Source of the DNA: Balanoglossus misakiensis
Lineage: Eukaryota; Animalia; Hemichordata
Assembly: GCA_040954595.2 (NCBI GenBank)
Contig: CM082588.2
Coordinates: 4,528,156-4,592,155, forward strand
Reading direction: 5' to 3'
DNA: 64,000 bases
Under the pieces are notes generated by a model. It was not told the origin of the DNA, did no database searches, and saw only the letters and a program-made list of their open reading frames with translations. The position numbers and the translations under genes are program-made. Shown one piece after another: positions 55,133 to 64,000 of the stretch (positions are counted from its first letter, which is position 1; each line of letters opens with the position of its first letter).

Positions 55133-58100
55133 TAGATTATGGTATTGTAATTATAATGGTCATATTGTGAATATTAAACATGTTTGTGAGAAATCTTGGA
55201 CTTCAAGTAAAAGCCAACAAGCTGTTGGGTGACTTTTTCATTCCATTCTTTGATATCATGGAGAAGTGTACAAATTATGAACAAAAGAATTGGACCTTGT
55301 TTTTTTAAGGTTTGGACTACATTAAATGAGTTTAGGTACTTTGTGTGAATTTTGAACTCACGTGTGAAAACTACTCGGTATAGAGTAGTGTATGAGAGAT
55401 CTTTTGTTAGATATATTGGTGGTTCTTTGACAGAGTACGCAATCAGGCACACATCTCTGTAGGGGTGATTTCCAGCCATTTGTTCTCGCAACACACGGTG
55501 AGGCATTATCGCCCATGTGCTAGGAATCGCCTTGATTCTGAATCAACTTAGTCTGCAAATAGCGTTTGTGAGTCTGTGTTGTAGGCAGATTATGTAAGTT
55601 TGAAAATACCGATCCCCCAAGCACCCCGGGAATGCATGGATTTCCATTTATTACAGAATGCTTTGCCTAGAGGGTCACGGATAAAGTATGCAGGGGTCAA
55701 GTTATCCATCACAGATTGCATGTCTTGATGTTAAGGTTTTGAAATAAACTTACGAATAGCGACATATGAAATTGACAGAAACACTGAAATGGACAAGGCT
55801 GCTCAAAAATGATAGCAGACACATTGCATTTACATGTTTGTAATCAGAATTGTATTCATTGGCAATTATTTCGTACTATATCTTTTTAAAGAGGTGATTC
55901 CAGTAACTGCATAGTAGCAACTACAGATGCTGTGGTTTTCGTAACGGATATATCTTAAGAAAACCACAAGAGTTTCTTTGGTTCTTCAGTGGTATCTGTC
56001 ATCTTGTCAACTTCATGTTTATCCAGTGAAATTGTTGATCTATTTCAACTATTCCATGAAATATTCCAAGAAATGAAATCTGTTGGTAGCTCGATCACTG
56101 CCCTGACTCGATAAACTCTCTCACAATGTACACTGTTCTCAGCTGTACATTGATGCCCCGAGCTGAGCTGAAAGCCAGCATTAGGACTGTGTTGCAAAAC
56201 TATAGTCAAGCTAACTGTGTTTACTCATGTAGTGTGCCGTGTTTACCGGCAGCCTTGTTCAAACCTGGGGGAAACCTAATCCCCCAGTCATGCCAATAGT
56301 CGATAGCCCTACAGAGAGAAAGAGAGAGCTGGCCCAGTGCCAGTGATATTTTTTCATCCAACTACACGCAACACAGGCATTTGTTCACAGAAACGAAACC
56401 CTACAGGCAACAGGAGGTGTTAAGGTTCCCAGCAGGCAATATTGACACAGCCACACAACCCAGTCCATGAAAATAACCAAGTGTTGGCTAAAACAAAAGA
56501 TAACAGTCCATTAGTAAAGGAAATCAAGACATGTTTATTGGGCCGGGGACAACAAACACACCGTTAGATGTGTCTGCTAACACTGGGAGCCACACACATA
56601 TTCAGTGACCTTGGATAACCCCTTGTGTTAAGCAGTCGGGAGACATGGCGTTTCGGTCACAACTGGTTTCTGCCATCCTCTTGGGTTTGCCCGCAGCAAT
56701 GAAGACTCTTTCGTGCAGGTGGGTGTCCCAGCCATGAATGTATCAGAGTCGGTATAGGGGTGGTCATTTCTGTATCCATTTGTGGACTGGAGTTTCATAG
56801 GGTAAATATGAAAACTGGTGGTAAACAGGGACAATAATACTGCATTGTACTGCCTACATGACAGATCCAGCTAGGCATTATCTCTGGTGCTTTTGTACGC
56901 GCGATTCTGTCTGAAGCTAATCTGACCACGTCTTTATGCGGTTAGAGTCTTCCAGAACATTGGTGTATGTATCATCAAGCGCGTCCAGGACAGTGAGACT
57001 ATGAAACACAGGATGTACGACCGACCGCAGAATTGTCTGAAATGTACAGTTAGCGTGTAATATTGATTGATGTGGGTTTGAACATGATGACATATTGTTT
57101 TTGGAATTCAGCCATGATAGGTGCAATTTTTTTTGTGATTTCGCAAGCATGGGTGGAAAGGCGAAGTTCCTGTAACCATGACAGCAGTCACTGCAGTGTC
57201 ACTACCACTGTCCACCAGGTTGTCTTTGCCTGAAAACTATCTGATCTCATTTTCGCCATGAGATCGCTACAGATTCGGCAACTCCAGTGACATTCGCATT
57301 TTGTTTGCGTTAGCGTGTTCAAAGGGGTCCACATAGAAATGGGGACACACTATGGTTCTGCTTCAGTTGAGGTTGACAAAAGGAGAGGATTTCATTCAAC
57401 TGTGAAGCGCCTTTAGTCACCCCCTTGTCCAGTCAGCATTCAGTCGAATGGCTGCAAGTTTCCCTCCAAAAGTTCTATTCTGTGTATGTGTGTCTGGTTG
57501 GCTCGGTCAATATGAAATTCACCATTTGAACTTTTTTTCCAAGTATCACTATAACAAATACCAAATGTTCATGACCAAAACGACTGCCTCCCTCTGCATT
57601 TTTACCCAAACCAGCAAAAAAGCATACATGTATATGTACCCTGTATTTTAGGGTTTAATTAATACTGTTGGATGCCTTGAAACTGCTGCACTAAAATAGC
57701 CTGGCTGTAGACTGTCAATTGACAAGTCTGTTTGACTGACACTAAACGGCCTTTTATCCAAGGCATGACCCCGACAGTTTACATTAATGACATAACTCCA
57801 TGCCTGGTGTTTATATCCGAGAACTGTCTTTTGCATGCTTAGTTTATTTTCAATATTTGCTGAACACTTGTATTCATCCCCTTGAGAGGTGTGTGAAACA
57901 TGCATGGGGGGAAAGACTCATGACCTGGTGTGTCTGTTTTTGGCCGTGAAGAGTTTCTCTGCCAAGCAGAAGTTTTCACATTTGAAAGAAATTTTGTAGA
58001 ATTTCAGCTTAATTTTGGACCACAATCAAGTGACTTTGTGCATGCTGTGAATTGGTTAAAAAAAACAGAGGCTTATTTTAGTGTCAGTGTCTTTTTCGTG

Positions 58101-60811
58101 CCTTTTGGCCAAAATGGTCAGTCTCAGACCAGAGGACCAGTTAAAATAAAAGACAGGATATTGAGTCATCTTTTATTGAGATGGCTTAACATACAGAGTA
58201 AATATTGATGTTGGATCATGTTCAGTGATGAGTTATTATGTACCTGGTCAACAAGAGAACCAGCTTGTTGAAACTTTATCCCCTTTTTGTCATTTTTAGA
58301 TTAAATACCTACAGTAAATACCATTGCTGTGGAGTTTTTTTGAGGCATCAGATTTGTAGACAAATCTGGTCTCGGAGGTCAAAAGAGGTCATCATGACAT
58401 TGGACTATTCTACCTTGACTTCTCAGATACCAGAGATAATTGTGAAGTTCTTAGAGTGTGAGAAACTTCTTACAACATTAAAAAGAATTTTCAGTTTATC
58501 AGGAAGAAGTAGTTTCTGAAAATTGTCTCTGTGGTATTATTATCTTGGTTCTATATAGTGCAGGGTACATAAAGGTGAGGCACTCAACATTCAAATGAGA
58601 AATACGATATCATTTGAACCCTTCACCTCTATTTCCCAGCAGACAAATCCTGCTCTTTGCCACTTAAAACAAAGTGGCCAGACCACAGTGGTGGCCGTGG
58701 TTACGGGATGATCGTTGAGGAATTTACAAAAACCCCTCCTCAAACCCCAGCGTTTTATCAACACTGAGGTTTTGCTTTTGCTGTGATTATAACTTCTTCA
58801 GATGTCAGATGCTGTTGATGTGTGTGTCCCATATTCTTGCTCACAGCACATGTTCACATTAGCTCTACGTATGCACTTGTGACAAAGACTTCATGTTCTG
58901 TAAGCGCCGCGTTTTCAAAATTCAATGGTGAGTTTCTCAGATTTATGCGTAAATGCTGTAGACTGGTGGTGTTTAGGTAAGAGACTTTTCCAAGCAAATA
59001 CATCTGACTTCAATGTCTTTTCTGACTGCCTACTTTCCCCGTAAAAGAAACAGTTTTTTGGAACAAGTGATTAAAATTTCCGTCATCCAAACTTATGCTG
59101 ACACCCACACACTTGTTCATGGTCATTTACAGACACACTCAACTTTAAAAAGTCCATAGCTTTCATGGTCAGATTCATATAAGGTGTTTAGTAGGATTAT
59201 GTGGGTCAACCACTTGATGAAATGTGGAGTTTGTGTTGTGAATGCCGGCCAAACAAAGGCTGTGTTACTGTACGGAATGGAAATAATGTGGTGTATTGAA
59301 GTAGCCGAGTGCAAGGACAGAGAGATTGAGTTTGTTGACATGACGCTTCAGGACAAAAGAACAGTTTACAAGTTGGGATGGAAGAAATAGCGTTTGACAT
59401 TCACTTCATTTTTCAGCTCTCAAGTTCAAACTTCCTTGCTTGACAGATTGTGGTTTAGACTTGCCCCAGTATACCAAATTCTACTGATGTTTTGACTGTC
59501 GATTGACGCTAGCTGAGAAGGTCACTTCTGGAAATGTGTGTAAAAAAGTCCTAGAGAGCCAGCAGAGTTTGGCCTTGGATGTGTTCGATTGAGAGGAAAA
59601 CATGCTGTGTGCTTTACAAAATAGCACGACAGCTGCGTTATTTGTAACAAGAATTCCTGTAGAGGTACAGAGGTGTGACTCTGTGGTTTTAGGAGCTCCC
59701 CTGTGCGTGAAAAGTCTCCTGGCTTCGGCCAATCCACCGTGAAACTCGACATCAATGGCAGCCGTGTCTGTTCGGGTTTGTCAACATGAGAACTTTGTGG
59801 AGACAGTTAAATTGTACAATGAAGTGTGATTAAACGCAGTGTATGACTGACACATGTTTGCGTCAGTGCTGATACGGTTTTTGACTTCTTTGAAAATGAA
59901 TGGAAGGGAGGATACACAAGATGTTGATGCGCAAATATGTGGAGTGACTCAGAATTTGAAGGCGTGACTGTGTCCAGAATACACTAAGCAGTTGTCATGC
60001 CAACAAGCTACTACAGCACATTACAAAAATAACATTTACCGGTATCATTTTGCTGTTATTCTTTAAAATTGACACACAACAAGTTTTCTGTTAACCGTAT
60101 TACCCTTGACCTTGGTGGAACCCTGTTGTGGTAATGCAGCGTGGACTGTACCATTGTTCCCATTCTAGGGGTGAAAGGGTTGAAAGTCATTCCAGACTTG
60201 AATACGAAAGATTGTGCCACTTTTTCCTACTCAAGCCCACATAGAGCATTATAGTGTGAGCTGAACAATTGTACTAGTACAGTTGTCAGGGTTATCAGTA
60301 GCAACACACAGCGGCCATACATGTATCTTCGATCAAACAAGTGACATTTGGTATCCATCTGAAAAGCGGAAACGATACAATACATCATTTCCACATCAAA
60401 TTACAAAGTGTACAAAATCTAGAATTACTAATGTGGTGTTCAGCTCAGTGACCTACATCTATGATTGGTAACTTGAAACCAGAAATATGTTGACAAGGAT
60501 TTCCATCAAGGCTGCCAGCTTATCACTCGTGTGCCGATAAAATGTGGTATCAGCAGTTTTCGTGTCGTGATTTGAACGGCCATTAAAGTTCCAGTAATTC
60601 CAACTTTTGGCTACTTTTAACATAATTTTTATTTTGTTTTCAGTATCAACGATAGATAAAATTGCTGAATATAATACTGCAAAGGAACAGAACTATCATC
60701 TTCAGATTTATATGCAATTTCATATAAGAAGTTACACATAACCGTTTGAAATAAACTGGACTGTTCTATGCTTTCTTGCAGGTATGGTAAGGTAGTGGTA
60801 AATTGAGGGGC

Positions 60812-60931
60812 ATGAGTACCCCAACTGGAGGAGGCCAGCTGTCAGACAAATTACGTCTGGCAGCGAGTAAAGGCCAGACTGCGAAAATTAAAGAGTTATT
60901 AGAATCAGGAGCAACATTCGACCCCGACAAG
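60812..60931 (+). CDS. ankrd6: ANKRD6/Diversin-like ankyrin repeat protein, first coding exon (MSTPTGGGQLSDKLRLAASKGQTAKIKELLESGATFDPDK)
   Basis: Acceptor TTTCTTGCAG ends at 60781, ATG at 60812, phase-0 donor AAG|GTAACA at 60931/60932. The 40 aa align ungapped with the recalled human ANKRD6 N-terminus (..[25 protein letters not shown]..K). Confidence 0.85.
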
Positions 60932-60964
60932 GTAACAGATATTTCATGTAACCTAAGATGAACA

Positions 60965-61196
<232 letters not shown>

Positions 61197-62407
61197 TCGG
61201 CTTGGGTGGAAGTTTTCGTGAAAACTCATGGAATTTGAATGTTATGAGAAGGAAGCGAGTCAAATGAAATATTAACTGTCACCAATGGAGGCCAACTGTA
61301 ACTGTCATAACAACCAGAAGGTGTGGCAAAAGCCAGATTGTAAAATCAGCCATGACCTTTTGTTAACTGTAACATTCCTTCGGCAAATTGGCGGGTCTAC
61401 AAACGCTTGGCCCTGATCAGTGTGGGCTGGCCAGAGAGGTCTGAATATCACCAAAAAGTTTCGGTAAAAATTGAACTTGTACTGTTTTGTTACTTCAAGA
61501 CATTTCGATTACATTCAGGATTGTCGTGTAATCATTCAAAGTTTTGTGTGTCGATCAAGAAACCATCAAATGAATTTTTGAATGAAAGAACAGTGTGAGA
61601 TCGTCATTCAGCTACTTGATACACCATCCATGGCCACTTGTTTGAAGGGAGCCTTGCTTCCGATTTCATAGTCCAACAGACCACAAGGGGGTGCAAATTA
61701 CTTCATCTCAATTTTCCAGTTGTAACTTTAATTGGACAAACACCATGGGTGTGGACTCAGTAATCCTACTAAATCTGTCTGGTCAGGTGACCTGATATCT
61801 GGCAGGCTGATTGGACGATGGAGTGGCTATTATCTTGCGGTGTGGAAGGAGCTACAATAATCAAGTTCAGCCCAATTAGGTTTTAATTAGTAAATTAGCG
61901 CTTGATTAGGCAATGGGGATAATCGGATCCGCTTTACCAGTCTAGGAAACACTCTGAATGGAATTGTCAGAGAATGAGGAAGTTGTCTCTTTTCAATCCC
62001 TCCTCTCCTTTCTTCCCCCCCCCTCTGTCTCAACCCCCACCTCCTCACACATGATTATGAGCATGCCCCCATGTACGAGCTGTGAATGTTTTCTGTGCAT
62101 GTAAAATGGTAACTTGGATTATCCATGTATAATTTTAGCCACACTGTCACCTTCACTGCTTGTCTTGTCTCCAAGCTTACCTGTGCATGTCAAATAAATT
62201 GAACTAACTATTGATGAGCACTGTTTTTGAAATAACATCACAAACATACATGTACGTCGATAAAATCACCTGTTTAATTTTGATGTGTGACATGTTTTAA
62301 CTTTTATCTCGGTATAATGGTACCTCACGTAACAACATGCACCCTCGCATCCATTATTGACGACTTTTTTCTTCCCTTCATTATCTGGTGTTAATTTTGG
62401 TTTGCAG

Positions 62408-62506
62408 AATGGTCGCACGGGGGTGCACTATGCAGCTCTTAATGGTCATGCTACAACCATCAAGGCATGCATACAACAAGGCTGTGATCCTGATACTCAA
62501 GATGTT
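62408..62506 (+). CDS. ankrd6: ANKRD6-like second coding exon, one ankyrin repeat (NGRTGVHYAALNGHATTIKACIQQGCDPDTQDV)
   Basis: 99-nt phase 0-0 exon bounded by TTTGCAG and GTAAGC; ankyrin consensus GxTxxHxAAxxGH; matches recalled ANKRD6 HGRTPLHLAANKGH..GCDLDVQD. Confidence 0.9.
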
Positions 62507-62924
62507 GTAAGCATCTCTCTGTTAAAAAGATAATGAATTTAAAAAAAGTCTGTTCTAATCTTATAAGGCTTTGAAGTCACAAAGAGCTTTTCTGTGCTGT
62601 GGTTTTGCTGCATGGCTTAGAACAGGCTAGTTTTGAAAACGTAGAGTAGTACTTCAGAAAATAGGGTAATTTCATAACCCCTTTTTGGATAAAATTTGAA
62701 TAAATCTGACTTCATTTCTTTACTAACAAGTGTAAATCACTTATTATTAGTATTTGTTGAGATTTTGTTGCGTGGCTATAAGCAGTTTTAAATAATGGCA
62801 GAATATTCTCATGTGACATGTACAAGAAAAATAACACAAGGTCCATCGTGTTATACAGCACAGAGTTCAATTCAGAAATTAACCTGGGATGCATTCCCTC
62901 CCCCCCCTCTCTCTTTCTCTGCAG

Positions 62925-63026
62925 GCCGGTCGGACCGCACTTCATCTGGCAGTCACCGACGGACACGTGGAGGCCGTCACAGCTCTCATCGAGGAAGGAT
63001 GTCCTGTCGATAGGCAGGATCAGGTG
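62925..63026 (+). CDS. ankrd6: ANKRD6-like third coding exon, one ankyrin repeat (AGRTALHLAVTDGHVEAVTALIEEGCPVDRQDQ[V]); gene presumably continues beyond window
   Basis: Polypyrimidine tract plus TGCAG acceptor ending at 62924; donor at 63024 (GTGGTA) or 63027 (GTAATG); matches recalled ANKRD6 TALH..ALIHEGCALDRQD. Confidence 0.9.
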
Positions 63027-64000
63027 GTAATGCATCTTCTCTTTTTGTCATCTTAAGCATTTCCATGGCAACATGCACATCCCATCGGTTGGGTGACATC
63101 TCATAGAGCTTCATGTTCGTATCGCTGTTAACACATCGCCAGCTCTCGTAAGTCAGCGTCCGACATTCACGCTTTTCGCCCAGTAATTGTGCAGTATAGT
63201 CCACTGATATGCCACTATAAAGGAAGTGCATTCTTATAATTGTTGTTTGAGAAAAGTTGAAGTTCTTCACTTCTTTTCTATTCATTATACATGTAATAGA
63301 CAGTAGCTGTGATGTGAACTAGTAGCCAGAATTGAACCATAGTCTCTACTGTCTATGATTGAACTTTGTTTCTTGGGTTGGAAAGAGAGAAATTTGTTAC
63401 TCTGAAAAGATTGCCAAATTTTGGCTTTAGATTACTTGGCAAACAGTGTAAAGTTCAAATTCCGACCGTCCACTCTGAGCCAAACCAGCATGAAGACCGC
63501 CTAGGGTGCTACTTAATGTAATCTCTGAAATACAACCGTTTAAGAGGATAGAAATTTTGGTAAATCCCACCAAAACAAGTCATCAGATGCAGCCTCGGGG
63601 CAGAGTGAGCAGCTATCCCCCCAAACAATGACCCTTTCCCGCTTTCCCAATTCAGTGTATTGATCACCTAAATTAGAATCTTGCGGTTCTCACAATGCGG
63701 TTTTCAGAAGCCGAGGTTAGCTGGACATTGATTGGCTCTTGTGTGTCTTCCGAATGGATTCTGCAAAGTCAAAGGAATGCTCAATAAGTCAATATAATCA
63801 GCCGAGTGAAATGGCCCACCAAAGATGATGTGTGTGGTACCAGCCAGGAGAAAATTGTGTTGGTTTTATAAGATGATTTTTAACAAAAAAGTGAAAAGAA
63901 ACTTTTCTTTAGTGGGTTCCTGTGGCTATAGACCCCGTCAGAGGGACAACATGGTCTTGAAATCGTTCATAGCTATGGTGGAGTTTTGTACTAAATTATC

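Noticed and set aside
56628-59400. Short ORFs inside ankrd6 intron 1 as nested genes or alternative coding exons
   Set aside because: No recognisable homology; the candidate exon 56645-56718 would splice out of frame with the ankyrin ORF.

Overview
Eukaryotic (animal) genomic DNA, not prokaryotic. Gene content and repeat style suggest an invertebrate, probably a deuterostome (inference, unverified). The window is gene-sparse. It holds one complete intronless Frizzled-9/10-class gene (15054-16793, +). It also holds the first three coding exons of an ankyrin-repeat gene collinear with ANKRD6/Diversin (60812-63026, +), which the ORF track misses; a probable non-coding first exon ends at 49835 and the gene presumably continues past the window. 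Between the genes are a 7-kb (CACAC)n satellite with a patterned set of variant units (29455-36455), a 40-bp minisatellite (47227-47803), microsatellites and small MITE-like relics. CpG is abundant up to about 50.4 kb and depleted afterwards. The best candidate for an undescribed system is the tandem linkage of a Wnt receptor (Fz9/10) with a Wnt/PCP scaffold (Diversin/Diego family) in a non-coding block with TCF/LEF sites and RFX X-boxes. All identifications come from reading and recalled sequences; no database search was run.
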